Assembly: GCA_040954595.2 (NCBI GenBank)
Contig: CM082591.2
Span: 4,387,957 to 4,451,956 of the forward strand
Direction: 5' to 3'
Length of the DNA: 64,000 nucleotides
Source: Balanoglossus misakiensis
Lineage: Eukaryota; Animalia; Hemichordata
The notes beneath the pieces are model-generated. The model did no database searches and was not told the origin of the DNA. It saw only the letters and a list, made by a program, of their open reading frames with translations. Both the position numbers and the translations under genes were made by a program. Of this stretch, positions 11,813 through 26,728 are shown piece after piece. Numbering within the stretch: the stretch's first letter is position 1; each line of letters begins with the position of its first letter.

Positions 11813-14376
11813 TTTTCAGGCCAAAGGTCACCATGAGTCAAAGGTCAAATATGCGTTGGTCATAGGTCATCACCATGGAGATTATGTAGATTACCATATA
11901 TTTTAATATCTGTGGATACAGATTGAACAATAGAAAATTAACACATCTAGGCTAATTATCATTTCTCTGTACAGCAGAGAATTAAAAAAAGTTAATTTGT
12001 TAATTTATATGTTTAATTATGTTTGATACATTCATTTTAATAAATGAATGATTTTTGTTTTTATACTTTTTTTTCTTTTAAGAAAGACAAGTAAACTGCT
12101 CATTTAATTACTTGTCTTAATAAGAGAGAGTTGTAAGATGCAACAGAGTGTTGCAAGTGTTTTTGTTTTGCCGTTTTAAGTCTAGGAATATTTAAGAAAA
12201 GGGTATGATGTGCAGTAAACTATTAACAGCAGGTGTATGTATTTTTTCAGTTTGCGTAGAGTTGTCAAGGTAGATGAACTGGATGTTCTGCAAGAAATGG
12301 GAAGATGTTGATATGGTGCCAAGAAAAAGAAAAAAACTTAAGTTATTGTGATGGTGTGTAGATGTAGGTTACTTAAACTTGAAACCGGACTGCTTTTGGG
12401 TAGTGTGTGTGTATGTACCAGTATGTGTGTGTGTGTGTGACATGTATGTGTCACTGGGCATAGTTTGCAATCTATAATGTTACACAGTCACTTACAATAA
12501 GATTTGCTGTCTGTTATCTCACTCACTAGGGTAGACAAAAGTAGTTTGTCAAAAATATTCAGTGCAATGCAGCTAGTTTCAGTTTCAGTTTCTACGGAAA
12601 GAAATACTCATCTATAAACATCGGTAGTTTTGAGAAACTCCTACTTAAAAACTAATTACATTTTATAATACAAGGTGCGAAAACATTTGGCAGAGTAGAA
12701 GTTACATTTTAAGGGACGTTCTCGAAAATAAATACTTGGAGCAGTTGAAGCAATAATGGTTTATCCTGATTCCTAGCAATCCTCCCCAGAATCACCCAAA
12801 CTGGTGTGAACGTTTCTAAGTCTACTTAACAGATGTTCAATTAAAATAAGTCAGCAACTTACATTTAGTAATAGTAGTAAGTTAGCTAGGGTGACTCACA
12901 GTCAAAATGAATGTAGACTTAGGGGTTCCATGCAAATGAGTTCAGTGTAGCAATGCTGGATTCTAATATCAACAAATAGACGAAAATTACTGCCAAGGCA
13001 CTTTGGTTCTGCTTGTTGTGTAAGCAATCATCATAAGATAGAAGTTATAAAACTTTTTCGTGCAGAAGCAAAGATTACATCCCTTCCCCATTTGGGTTAC
13101 ATTTTGTTTAGATACAGTTGGACACAACAGAAGAATGAATAGTGGTCAGTATTTGTTGTGGACTTTTAAGGGTCTTTTGCCATGTTACATGTGTACTTCT
13201 CTGAAAGGAATTGTGTTGCCGTATTTTTCATTAGATGCGTGTATTATTTGTCGCACAGGGTGACACATTTACATTTGATGATGAACCAATGTCTGTCTTT
13301 GTTCCTTTACATTTAGATCATTTTGCCTAGTTACATAGCAGAACGTTAAAGTGCATTTTCTGCACATACAATGTTGTAAGTCTTACATGTTTTATTATGG
13401 ACTAGTTAAAAGACCATCAACCATTCAGTTGTATCAGTTTGGCCATTGCCTACCTCTGCCAGTTTCTTAGTGGAAAAAATGTATACATTTCTCAAAATGG
13501 CAATAGTTTCAAAAATATGATACCATCATTCTGATTGGTTAAAATCCTGAACGTATTTCAGCACTGTCCAATTAGAATCCCCGTTGTAGAGTTAGAGAAG
13601 CTTGTCACGATGTCTCCTTCCAACTGTGTACTTTGATTGTTTTGTTAGTTCAGTAGCTCAGAATGAAATCCTCAGCGATATAGTTTTCTTTAAAATGAGA
13701 ATTTCAGTAAAATTAGATGTAACACAGTGTGATGTGCAATATCTCTAAGAATTGAGGCCAAATAGAGAGAGAATGGTTGTCCATTGACTAATCCTTGCGT
13801 TTATTTTCACCAAAGTTTTGATGTTGATCATCAGAAAAGTGAAAATAAACATCTATCCTTAAGTTTGATTCATCCTAGTGTATTAAAGTCAGAATAACAT
13901 TCTACTATTTGGCCAAAATTCTATTAACTCTATGCAGATTAAATCAAAAACAAAATTAAGAGCTATCAAGCAGTGTTTACTTTGTTATTTTCATTCAATT
14001 GTAATCACACGCTTTAATGTGCTGTGTCAATTTCAAGCACCCCTAGCACTGGTACTTATTGATGACCCGATTACAGAAGGCATTCTCTAACACCAGGAGG
14101 CGGTCTACTGTCACTATTCCTTGTTGGACTGGATTTTAATGGTGCCATTTTTCGTGACAAAAGCATTGAATCACAGACCAGGCAGCTTTAACCTGTACAA
14201 ACGATGTAAATCTTCAATGTATATTATTAATTTCCAGAATGTTTTGATCATGTGATCAGAAGTTCATTTATTACATTTGCTTATGTTTTTTAAGTTTTAC
14301 ATGATGAGAATGAAATGTAATTATTTAATCAATGTGTTCATATTGCGCAGCGAAAGAAAGCTCACGGGTGAAAATG

Positions 14377-14382
14377 AATAAA
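14377..14382 (+). terminator. Candidate polyadenylation signal of BLTP3 copy A
   Basis: AATAAA followed by a T/GT-rich tract (TTTATTGTGCATTGTGTCTTT) at the end of a long AT-rich 3' UTR-like stretch. An alternative proximal AATAAA lies at 12039. Confidence 0.45.
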
Positions 14383-15228
14383 AGATATCGTTTATTGTGC
14401 ATTGTGTCTTTCCATTTACTTGTAGCCCAGGGAAATATGTCATTCAAAAACGTAGATTTTCGTTGTTATTTTGACCAAACCAGCAAATATCAAAACATCA
14501 ACCTTGATGGCAAAATTGCACCTTTCAAGTCACAAACTCGGGAGAAAGTAGTAAAAACAAAATGACGTGTACTTTGATTGATGGTGGCGCTGTTGTGTGC
14601 TAGGTTTGTCGCTATTTTGGGCAGGTTCATAAAACGAGCATAGGGTGATAAAATGAGTATTTTACTATCATGGAGTAGTGCCTACACCAACAAAAGTGTC
14701 AAGTGGACAGGGGGTCAATTGGGTAATAAAAGTAAATCCATCAGCAAGAACTGATTAACAGGTGTTTGGGACGAGTGAGGTATTATTCTGTATATATTAA
14801 GTTCACAAACTTCATCTTCCCCCAAAAAATAGGCTGCTTAGTATTATAGTAGTGGACACCACTAGTATTAAAAGTATGTCCTATCCTGAGTTATTTATTT
14901 ATTCATTTATTTATATGTCATAGACAGAAGAAGGAAGGATTCTTCTATCTACGAAAAACATATCTGACCATATAAGCTTCAGTTTTTCGGCTGAGGTTGC
15001 CAGGTCACGAAAGGTGAGATTTTTGTCCCAATAAAAGCCGGATATGCTCGGACGTCGTTTCCAGGTGACGCAAAAGTGGCACTCCTGTTAGTGCGGACAG
15101 GGTTGAGGTTCTAAATGAAAGAAAATTAATGATTAGACAAGACAATACAGTACCATGACACGACAGGTACTGAGGTACATCCTATCTACCCACGGACCAA
15201 CTGATGTTGGTGAACACTGGTGGCGCGC

Positions 15229-15235
15229 TATATAA
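15229..15235 (+). promoter_or_regulatory. Candidate TATA box upstream of BLTP3 copy B
   Basis: TATATAA(G) ~300 bp upstream of the ATG in a locally CpG-richer region; motif match only. Confidence 0.25.
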
Positions 15236-15530
15236 GGAAGAAAGAGATTTATACTGTTTTCTATGTATCGCTTCGTTTATTCAGAGAAAAAACAGTCGCA
15301 TACACAACTTTGTCCATCCTCGGATAGAAATATATATTTACACCCTGCAATACAACTGTTAAAGTTTGCTACACCATGCAAAGAATGCGACACACTTGTT
15401 ATCGTTGATAGTTTCGGACAAGTTAGGGGGCCTCGTTTATACCAGTTTTTAGCAGGAAGCCACAACATGGAAACCAACAGCTGATACCTATCTTCGTTTC
15501 TCTCTATTTTCTGTTCTTCATCTTAACACC

Positions 15531-18500
15531 ATGGCGGGTATACTGAAGAAGCAGATCACCAAACACCTTTCCAAGTAAGTGTCTCACGAATTAGGAGATC
15601 TGATTCGTGGCAGGCTAGGGCGACTTGGTCCCAGCTCCGATCATCGCGATCAATGGTTGATCCTGAGGTCACAATGATTGGGGATTTGATCTCTCGTTTA
15701 CAGTTCGTGTTTACACCGAACCCTAGACCCGATTTTAAGGAAAAATGACGGTTTGGGGTTTTCAGGAATATGTATCGTTCACACATGTTGTAGTTTAGAA
15801 AAACGGACGTGTGGATACGTGATTTGAAGCAATTTCACGACCAGTGTTTATATCATCACTCTAACATCCACTCAGCCAGAGGCAGAGACTGTTAGTCCTA
15901 TAACGCAAACAACTCGATATTTCCGCGCTCTTGTGTTCATATTGACGATGGGTTTAATATCATATGTAATGTTTACGTTGTCCTGATTGTAGATTACGTA
16001 ATTATGTTGACTTTCATATGAATCGTGTCAATTTCCCATTCAGTAATATAATAAGTAAACAAGTTCTCTTGCGTGTTTCCAAACGAGATAGATTTGATTC
16101 GTGACAAGGTCTGTGATAGAATTAGAAGCCCGAAAGCTTCAGAAAAACTGGTTTGAATATCAATGTCCTGTTGAGTTCCGTTACTTGGCATATTTTCATC
16201 TCTAATCATCTCGTCAATAATTAATTTGTGGTGAAGCCATATATACACCATTCACGTACGGACGAAGGCTTACGTGAGAAGATGACCTGTATAAAGGTTA
16301 CGCCTCAGATTCCCCTCAGAGGTCATGACCTTTGACCTTATGATATCATTGGACGTGAGCAACAGATAAATATCCTTAATACATGATTTGTACATGTATA
16401 CTCATTAACTGGTAGAGTTTACTTCTCAGAGTACATTTATCTATAAAGAAATTTGACGACAGTTCATAGCAATTAATTGCTTAGAACTTATCAGAATAGG
16501 TTTGTAAGTTTACAAACCTATTCTAGTAAAAAGCAATATATTCCTGTGTACTGTCATCATAATTCTTTCTAAAGTTTCACATATAATATGATGTAAGTGC
16601 ACGTGAAATTTTCATTGTATTACTGGCACCTACGCAGTTGGAAAAACTCATGGAGAATTCACTGGTTTAATCCTGAAATGTTGCACGACCTTGAGGATAT
16701 GAAATCAACATTGACAACAGCTGATAACCATCTTCTCTGTGGCTGTGTATATGATATTGACATGACAATTTTTCAGGGGGTTGGTTTTTAATGCAAATGA
16801 ATGCAGTGTGTTTTCATCACTTACGAGTATAGTCTCTGCCTGAAATCGTTCGACTACATGAACCTCTGGCAGTTTGTCGTCATAGTAACTAACATATGTC
16901 ACATAATTGATTGGGAATTCTAAAGCAAAAGAAAACTTGATACAAATTCCATCCGTCAGGTTGCTGGTAGTATTTTGGATGTGCCTGTGGCCATGGGTAG
17001 GAATTTTACTATTAAATCAAGTATTTCGGATATCAGATTAAAAAATATATTGTGTGTGTCCTAAGGTTGGTGATGCATGTACATTTCATAAATGCACAGT
17101 TTTGAAACTGGGACAGGACAATTAATGAGTCTAAAATTAACATGCACCTCTCTAAAAATACCACTACTTATGTGAAGCAAACAGCGTACCTTGTGGACGT
17201 TGCATGTAAAATAATAAGGTTATAAGTGGTTATGTACAGGTTTGACACACCATGTGATCACACACCATCAATATCCATTGACCTGTAAGTGTTTGTTTGT
17301 TTCAGTTCTTGACATAAAGCTCTTTAAATCGATATTATCGATCATTTGAGAAAGTGTGTAATATTATATAGCAATAAAATTTTGCATTTTAATAGAAAAC
17401 AGTGTAGGAAATATTTGTCGGTATAATTATGCATAATGGTGGGTATGTAACTGATTATATCTTCATCATGGAAAAAACTTAGTTTAATATTCAGGCCATG
17501 GGAAATAGAGATAGAGTTTAGAGACAGTGACGAAAAAGCCACACTCTTATTAAGATAAATGAACTGTGCAACCATGTTGATTGTATTCGCCAGGGTATGA
17601 CCTTTGTATTATGTGGGTCCTGGTTCTGCAAAGTTGCAAGCTGTCGCAAGGGGTATGCATGCATAGAAGTTGTGGATCAGCTGTTGGACATATACCAGCA
17701 GAAATGAGCCAGTTGGGTATTTTTTTCTGAGTGAGGCAGAAAATAGCCCACAGCAGACTGAGACGTCTGGCTCTGTCGGCTGTAAGCAAAAAATTAATAT
17801 GAATATCGCAACAGGCGTCGAGGCCTGGTTATAGACCTACCCTTATACTGCTATAGCAAATATATCATGAATATGTTTAATTTAGCATGTAATTATTGTG
17901 TTTGGTTCAGCTGTTAGCCTGACTGATATAAATCAAATACCTCAGGCAAAACTGGTAAATGTCAGGGAACATGTTTTTTTTTTCCACTGTGTGGCATTTA
18001 AAGTCTTATCAAGGGATTGCTTCTACTTATGGTACAAGTCTCCTTATCCCTTTGAACTACAGATTTTTTTCTGTCAAAATGTGGTGCAACATTATTATCG
18101 TTTTCACACATTTTTACCAATTTTCCCTCTTAATTTTAGACCAAGTGGACATTATAAGTGAACTATGTGTGGATTCAGACAGCGAATGTGAAAAGTTGTC
18201 TGTTTTTTATAGGTTTGCCAAGAACTTCTCGCCGGACAAGATCAACATCAGTACCTTGAAAGGTGAAGGGGAGCTCCACAACTTGGAGTTGAATGAAGAA
18301 GTCTTAATGGACTTGATGGACCTGCCACTGTGGATCACACTGACCAAGGCCAAGTGCAACAGAGTGTCATTCAAGGTGGGGAAGCTTTAACCCTTCCACC
18401 CCCGAGTTCTCTCTTTAGAGGTCCAACCGTACCATAGTAAACAGTGCGTTTGGACTGAACCATTGTGGTGGAAGGGTTAAACTGATATAGATGCAGGGTT

Positions 18501-21500
18501 CTGCCTATGCAAGACGTGAGATAGTTTTATGGATGAGGCGAGGAGATGTTAATACATGGAATAAAATACTCCAAAAATAGCATGGAGTTACTGACATCAG
18601 CCCTTTAGCATTATTAATTAACAACATTGTTTAAAACTACTTTGATGGTTAATTTAAATGTAAATTAGCAGTACTTCTTTATTACAGTCAGGGTTATTAA
18701 GAGTGCAATACTGAAGACCGTGTTTTATGAGATTAATAATTAGCTCAGCATAATCAGCCGTAATACCCTTTTAAGAGAATATTTCCCCAAATTAATTGTA
18801 GGTTGAAAGAATTGTGACTATCAGTGATTTGTAATACCTAACCAGAGCACTTGAAACCAGTGATGTCTCAGTAGAGCTCCGATCGAGAATAGATTTAATT
18901 GCAATACTTCTGTTTCCCGAGTGACGACCCTACAGACAGATGTTATCACCTGTCTCCTTAAACACCACGATGCTAAAAATAGAAAACAATTTAATACCAT
19001 CTCGAAAGGAACCACTTAATAAATGTCACTTCCTCTAAAATATGAGAGCTTGTTTGCTTTGCTGAGTTGCCACAGCAACGGTGCCCTGGTGTGTCTGTTT
19101 CAGTTCCCTGTGATTAGCAAACAATTTTAATTGTAAAAATTAATTATTTATTTTTAAAGAGCTGGTGTGTGTGTTTTTCTCAAAAAATCTGTAGAATCAT
19201 AGACCACAGAAGCAAACTCATATGACAAGACCAATATACAAGTTACATGTATACCAGTATAATTACAATTGCAAACAGATTATATGATACACTTATTTAT
19301 AGATATACAATACAAGTTTATTGTTCTTTGCACATTGTATTGCGTATTTCCATAGAGAATTTTCAGAAAAATAACCACCTCTATATTTGTCTTGTGATTT
19401 TATTGACAGATACCATGGACAAAGTTGAAGACAGTACCAGCACACATAGTGAGTAATAACTGAGTTCATAAAATCGTCAACTTATCGGAAGAAAAAATGG
19501 AGACACATGAGACAATTTTATTAGGATGAAGATAACACATTTTAGTATACATGTACTTGAAATGAAATTGAGGATTTTTGATGAAAGGAACTGCACTGAA
19601 AACTGAATTAATACTTTTTTATTTCAGCATTTGGATCGAGTTGAAGTGGAGATGAAAGTCGTCCAGGAGTTCCGCACACCAACAGACCACAACCCTTTAC
19701 ATAGGTAACCGTAAGAACATTGTATTATCGTAATAAAAATAAAGGATTGTTTGTGGTCAGCGCCTCATTCGGTGCCAGCTGTTATTTTCAACAATAGAGT
19801 ACTCAAAACAACTCGAGATATATTCCCTACAACTGTAGCAAAGATCACACCTTATTTCTTCTTTCCATATTCAGCTCCGGAGGCAAGTACAGTCTGTCGG
19901 ACCGAGTGATCGATGGTCTGTACGTCAGTGTCAATGAAATCGCCATGGACTTCAAGTCACATGCTTTTCATGCTTCAATACTGGTAAGGGAAGCTGTCAG
20001 TCTCAGACTTAAAGGGCAACGATCGTCTTATGCTCATGTGCCAAACCAGAGACTCTGGTTACAAAAATTGTAGTTGATTTTCCAACAATAATAGTTATGA
20101 TTACAGTACTACAAAAGGGCTGAATTAGAAATTTTTCTTTTTGCAATTCTGTATGTTTTCACAAAGAAACCCCCCTCCAAAAAACTTACTGAGAAACTAG
20201 GCCGAAGCTGGACCTGAAGATTCACATTACATCAAGATTTCTGTAGAACTTTTCTCAAGAGGATTTTGTATTTCTGTTGTTTCCCAGATGTCTCAGTTCA
20301 CCATACGGAGCACAACGCCAAAGTGGGAATACACGAACGACCTCCACAACACGCGCATCCGGGACAAGGCCGCGGGAGAACTCCTGAACTTCAAGGAGGC
20401 CCACTGCCAGACGGTGCGCATCAACATCGACGCGCTGCGCAACGAGAAGACCACGCCCATCCTGGTGATCACCTACGACGCCAAGATCCGCTTCGCCATC
20501 AAGAAACGGCTGGAGGACTGCCAGGTGATCACGTCCAAGCTGAAGGTGGTGCTGACCGACATCCTGCTGGTGCTGACCGACTCGCAGCTGAAGGCGCTCG
20601 TCGAGTTCCTGCAGATGATGAGTGGTCTCAACCAGAAGGCGCAGGATTTGGTCAAGGCCGACACCAACATTCTCTCTCAGGTAAGAATTTACGTCCAGTG
20701 ATCAAGATAACGACCAATCGCCTGCGAAAATCTAGTTTTCTGTATTCTATTCATGCAACTTACATGTGTAGCAAATTTACAATTGATCAGTGTCACTTTC
20801 CTATGCGATACACATCAGTCAAATAATGTTACCCTTTGCAATCTCTCTGATTTTGTCGATTCCAACTACTGCAGAGTAAATTCACTACGAACAATTCTGA
20901 CTGTTTCTTGAATTTTGCGTTTCAGTCGAAAAAGATTGAACAGCAGGCTAAGTCCAAGAACAGCCCGGAATTGGAACGGACTGCCGAAGAGCGTCATTTC
21001 CACGACAACGACATCATTGAAAGCGGTTACCACGTGTCGGTAGAGAGAGTCGACATGCATCTGGTGGATGAACAACACAGAAACCAGGAAGGTAGATATT
21101 TCATGAGAATATTTACACTGTTAGGAGTTATTCTAACAATAATATGGCATTCACACTGTTTTTCCTCTTAATTCTCGTGCAAGTAGTTTATCAAAATTTC
21201 AGAATTTTTTTCTTTTTTTTTGCAGACACTTTCAAAAGACGGACAGATGGTGGAGCCATGAAAATTAACATCAGGAATCTGTCGCTAGATTTCTACCCTT
21301 ATCATGTGTACAGTAAGTAGTCCATGGTGATTTTGCAGTTAGTGTAATATGTTTAATATTTATTTTCACTGCTCAAGGATTTCTTCCTTCTCCTTTATCA
21401 CAGACACTGACAGATGCCATTGGGAAAACTACGACTTGTTGTCCGACACCATGGAAAAGAGAGACACGTGGGCCAAGCATCTCCTTGCCAACTTCAGACA

Positions 21501-24500
21501 ACAAGTGAAAATCGCCAGGGAGCAGGGGCGGCCATATTTACAAGATTTGAAATCTTCGCAACAAAACCAAGTGCTGAGGGGTCAGGGGTCAGAGGTCACA
21601 CGGCCGAGGACTAGCAGTGAACTCCAGCAAGCGGCCAGACACAACCCGCGACCCCAGACCATCGGATATAACAGAAACATGGACGTGCTACAGGTGAACA
21701 GGCCGCGTAGTCATAGCGACCTCAAACCCCCTCACCAGCCGGTCAAAGGTCACCACCAGATCATGACTCCAAGGCGGCCGAAAAGACAACCTAAGCTGAT
21801 GGAAAATTGCATGATTTTACGACTTGAGGAGTTTGCCATCTTCGCTGTGTCGACGGAAGGTTCCACAGACGTGAATAAGAAATTCTTCTACTGTGACAAG
21901 GAATCGTTCTCGCTTCCTCCGGAAATGTCATCCATCCATCTGGAAATCACTTCTTACTATTTTCCGGAAGGTCTGGAGTATCCAGGTACATTGCCTCAAT
22001 TTCTTGTCTAATTTTCATTATTTCAGAATTTCAATAAAATTGAACTAGCTGGTTTGTCGTCAGAGCAATATGCTTATCTCACATTGATGGATGTGTTAAA
22101 GTTGACTTACTCATATCATCAAGACTCATTTTTCAAATGATGTTGATTTGTCTGTGTGACTCTCGTCTCCAGTTCCCGAAGCCAACATGTACTGGGAGGT
22201 CAACCCAATCAGACTGGACGTCGACTACACCACAGTTCTCTGGCTCAACCAGTTTGTCAACCTCATGGCAACAGGAGTGCAATCGGTAAGATATGAAACC
22301 CACACAGTAAATTGTCTGTACCCAAAGAGATAGACCATGAGGCACATACTCATGGATTCAGATCTCGACCCCTTGGGTCCCCTTCAGGAGAAATACAGTT
22401 GATCTGATTAACTTCTTTTTTTCACAGAAATCAGACAGTGACAGTGAGACCAGCTCGACCACCGGATCCAGTATCGGTTCGGACTTCGATCATGTGGACA
22501 TCCGTATCGATGCGTTGATGCCAAAGGTGAGTTGTCATGGCGATCAGCCTTGTGTAATTGGTTTCTGGGATTCATTGATTTCACCAGAATGCAGCGTCGA
22601 AAAGTTACAGTTTCACCAAAGAAAATTCGTTTCACAGTTTGTGCAGTAGAATTCATGTAATGTGCAACTAAATTGAATCAAAGCAGATTTGAAGACACTA
22701 TAGCTTTAAGTTTCCATATTCCTTTACAGATAACTGTCCCGGCTGAGGTAGAGGTCAAAGGTCAACCGGAAAGACCCACCGGTCTCCAAATACAGATTTC
22801 TCAGGTGACGCTGTCGAACTGTAGGATCGGCACCCCATCTTCCATATCCGATCTGGCCTCGGCGGTCCAGAACATCTACGGCGGCAAACTGTTCGCCGGC
22901 CAGCAGCAGTTCCCGAACGAGCCGTGGGACCTGAGCGCCGTTCCGCAGATGCTGTGGAACCAGGCGTACAAGCACGAGGAAGCGGACGGGAAAGGCGGCG
23001 GCGGCGGAGGAGAAGGCAGGAGCTCTCCGGTCGCCGTGCAGGGAAAAGGAATCCCGAAAGCCAGCCCACTGCCAGGCGAGAGGCACAAGAAGGAACCAGT
23101 CGGAAAGAAGGCGTTTTTCAAGTCGGCCGTGGATGACGTCTGGTCCGTCCACTGCGACCAGGTCTGGGCCGACTTCCTAGGGGTGGAGAGCGCCCAGGGG
23201 AAGCCCGTGCCGTTTATTGAATCCATCCCGATTGAGCTGTGGGCCTGCTTCCCACCGAAGGAAACAAGGGATGTCGTAGATAATGATGTCCTTCCGAAGA
23301 AGGGCGATCTGAGAAGCCCAGAGCCGTCGCATTCACAGAAAAGGAAGATGTTCGGCCACAGAAAGGCGGCATCGCTGAGCAACCCCATAGGGAGATCGAT
23401 GTCCCCACCTGGTGGTGACATCAACAGCGAGTTCAGTTCTTCTTTGACCGATCTTATGTCGTCGCAAAGCACCCAACGCTCTCTAAGTGGCTCTCTGACG
23501 GGATCGCAAGATTTCATCATGTCGCAAGGGGACACCAGGTCGCTGCCACTGCACAACCAGAACCGGACCAGGAGCTTCACCCCTACCAAGATACCCCACT
23601 CTCACCCCGGGACCCCCTGCGGGGACATGCCGGCGTCTTCCAAGGAACTGGAAGATTCGGGAGTCTTTCAGTCGTCGCAGAGCAGCTCTTCCCTGACGTC
23701 CGGAGTCGGCATGTCGAGCAGTGATGCCGGATCGTATCCGGGACTCGGAAGTACGGCAAGCTCACACACGTCTTCCATTATCTCCGACAGTGCCTTTGGA
23801 TCTATACCGACTTCCATCCCTCTCATCCCCTCTGCACTGAAGCCCGGCTCCTACAGCGTCGACAGCTCCGACTCCTCCAGAGACGAGAACATCGCCGACA
23901 GACACATGATCGTGGAGAGCAAAGGGAAAGTCCGGATCATCCTGAACCGCCACCAGTTCCTCTTCCTGATGCGGTTGGTCGACTCCCTGGTGAAGATGTC
24001 GGAGGCGATCGAGGAGGACATCGTGATGTTCCAGGGGAAGTCGGACAGGGTGTCCAGCATGGTTGTGGCGGCCCGACTGCAGGCAGCCGAGTTGACCCTG
24101 GTCCTGCCAGCGCTGTCGACCAGGGTTGATGGTGCTCAGGAGGAGGATGGAGAGATGGAGACCAAGCCATGTGATGATGATGTAGAAATTGGAGCCAACA
24201 ATAACACCAATGAAGCAACGACCAATGCAAGTGACCAGCAGAGGACAGATAATGAATTTACAGGTGACAGTACTGTTTTAAACGGGTCAGATGAAACTAC
24301 AGACGACTCAGCTGTTAAATGCTCGCCGGAAAACTCACAGGACGATGAAACAGACTCTTTCAAAGCTGACTGCGACTTTGAGTTCCTCGGCACTGAAGAG
24401 GAACTACGGGTCTTGAAGAACGACAAGATGGCCGCCGGCGAGACGGAGCATATGAAAACCGGTGCTGAGAATTCGAACTTGGAGACAAAGGAAAGAAAAA

Positions 24501-26728
24501 ATCTCACAGTGGGACCGACGATAGAGGAGTCGGTCCGAAGCGATGAACCCACAAACGGAAACACCATTGTGTTGCCACACGAGGAAAGGCCAGTTTCTGG
24601 TGGTGTGGGTGTTAAGTGTGATGATAGTGCCTCCCAAACTGGCCTTATGTCTGGAAATGCCGTTTTCAGATACAAGAAAGGCGACGACAACGATGGCGAT
24701 GATGATGACATTGAGTTTGGAGAGATAGCTGCGGACTGCGAATCAGACGAGGCCATCCAAGGGAACCAGGCATTGGGGGATGACCCGTTAATGCGCGACG
24801 CCTTTTCCTCGAACCCTGGGAATTCGAGTCTCTCGTCGCCGGACTCTCTTGTGATCGAGTCGCCAGCTGGGAGTGATGCAACGAATCATACAGACGCAGC
24901 AACAAGGACTGGGAGTATGTCGAATCTCTATTCTGCCGACGATGAACTTTTGGCCGAGTTGGAGTCACAGACTCAGGATCAAAGCTACCGGACTTTGGAT
25001 GCAGGAACACAGACAGGATGCGATGAAGACGAGGAACAAAGTACAGATGAAGCTACATCAACAGATATGGTAAGTGAGCTGCTATGAATATTGATTACTC
25101 TAAAAATAATTTGGACATTTGCTTTATTTATATGTACACTGTCAAATAACATGATGTCATTGTATTCTGTTAGGTCTCCATCATGAATGTACAGCTGAGT
25201 GATCTGCAGGCTGGTGTGCAATTATTTGGCGACAAGACCGGAATCAAGTTGACAATGGGGAAAGTGATTCCGGAAGAACAAGGCAATATCAATTACCAGG
25301 AATACCTAGAAAATCGGATTTCAGGTAACATACAGTGTAGGATTAACCCCCATTTTTTCAAGCTGTGGTATGGTTGGATATGGCAAAGTTGCCACAAGGA
25401 GAGTCACTTTGTTTTGTGATTAAATCCAATATGGTGGATTAATCCAGTAGATAAACAAAACAGACATACTGAAAAGATAGTAAAAAATTACAGTATGGAG
25501 CTTTAATGTAACCGAAACTGATCGTGAATAATCTGGCTTCTCCAACAGAGAGCAACCGCAGGAGGGCCGACCAGCTCCCAGCCCTGACGAAGTCTGAAAC
25601 CCCCGTCGTCCGGGTACGCTTGTCTCTCGGACAAGCAGCCGAGAAGTACTCGCACGGCGCCACCAAACACCTGGGAGTGCAGGTGGACGGTCTGGACGCC
25701 CAGGTGTTGATGTCTTCCCTGACGGGATTGGTCGGGATGATTGATGACGACGAGTCGTCCGGAGGTTCACCAATGCCCATAGACGTGGCTGTGTCACAAG
25801 CGAACTTTAAACTCGCGGTAAGTTTTGGATTTTTTTTTTTTTAGCTCCAGGGAAGAAAATTCCATTATGTATGAGAGACCTAAATGTACAAGATCTGAAA
25901 TTAAATGGTTATTTTGTTGTTTTGCAGACTTCGCTCACAACGAAAACTGAAGATGTTGTTGAGATGCCTAAACTATCCACTGAGCACGACAAACTTCATG
26001 GAGGTGAGAATTCTGCTTTGATTTTAGCGTTGACTGCTTGGTTGAGAATAATGAGATCACTGCATAATATGAAGGATGACAATGAACATCCAAACATGTT
26101 AACATTTTTGACATTTAAGGCTATAATGTCTCTACATTTTCATAAAATCTCAGCTTGGCATATCTTTGTTTCATTATTTCAACCCAAGCTTGAAAACAAT
26201 GTTTGTTTTTGGTCCATCAAATAAAAATTCTTCCAGGTGCAACTATTGACCTATGCGGAGATTCGCACAAAATATGCCGAACATGTTTTTCTCATCTAAG
26301 TCGAGCTAGGGGAACTTGTGTGTTTATTTTGGTGATGATGCTACTGACATTGGACCAGTTGACTCCCCTACTAACTGAGGTTCTTTAATTATTTTCCGCC
26401 AGAGTCCAATCTGTCCGAAGCGCCATCTGAAGGAGCTCCCTCGTCAGTCGCGTCATCTCCACTGGAGGAGAGAAGCATCAGCGAGGTGACCACACCCTCC
26501 AGCGAAAGCAGCGCGTTCGTGGAGGAGAACCAGCAACTTAGGGAGCAGCTGGAGATGACCAGGTCGGCCCTGTCCACGGTCGAACTGGAGAGGGCGTCGC
26601 TGCTGAAGTCGCTCGTGAAGCTGCAGGATGAACTGATCGACGTCGAACGGGAACGGGAGAATATGCGCCAAGAAGTCGTGCGACTGAAAAGTCTAAAGAG
26701 ATCGTCTTCAACTCTATCACTCAAGTAA
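15531..26728 (+). CDS. BLTP3: Bridge-like lipid transfer protein family 3 (UHRF1BP1/UHRF1BP1L-like), tandem copy B, complete, ~1677 aa
   Basis: 16 exons join in frame (5034 nt): 15531-15574, 18213-18375, 19410-19448, 19628-19704, 19875-19983, 20288-20680, 20926-21091, 21226-21312, 21404-21985, 22173-22285, 22428-22526, 22730-25069, 25174-25324, 25549-25817, 25928-26003, 26403-26728. The N-terminus MAGILKKQITKHLSKFAKNFSPDKINISTLKGEGELHNLEL is the chorein_N start typical of BLTP3. All introns are GT-AG. Confidence 0.94.
18391..18476. mobile_element. 86-bp piggyBac-like MITE
   Basis: TTAA-CCCTTCCACC...GGTGGAAGGG-TTAA; the reverse complement aligns to 822-907. Confidence 0.82.
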
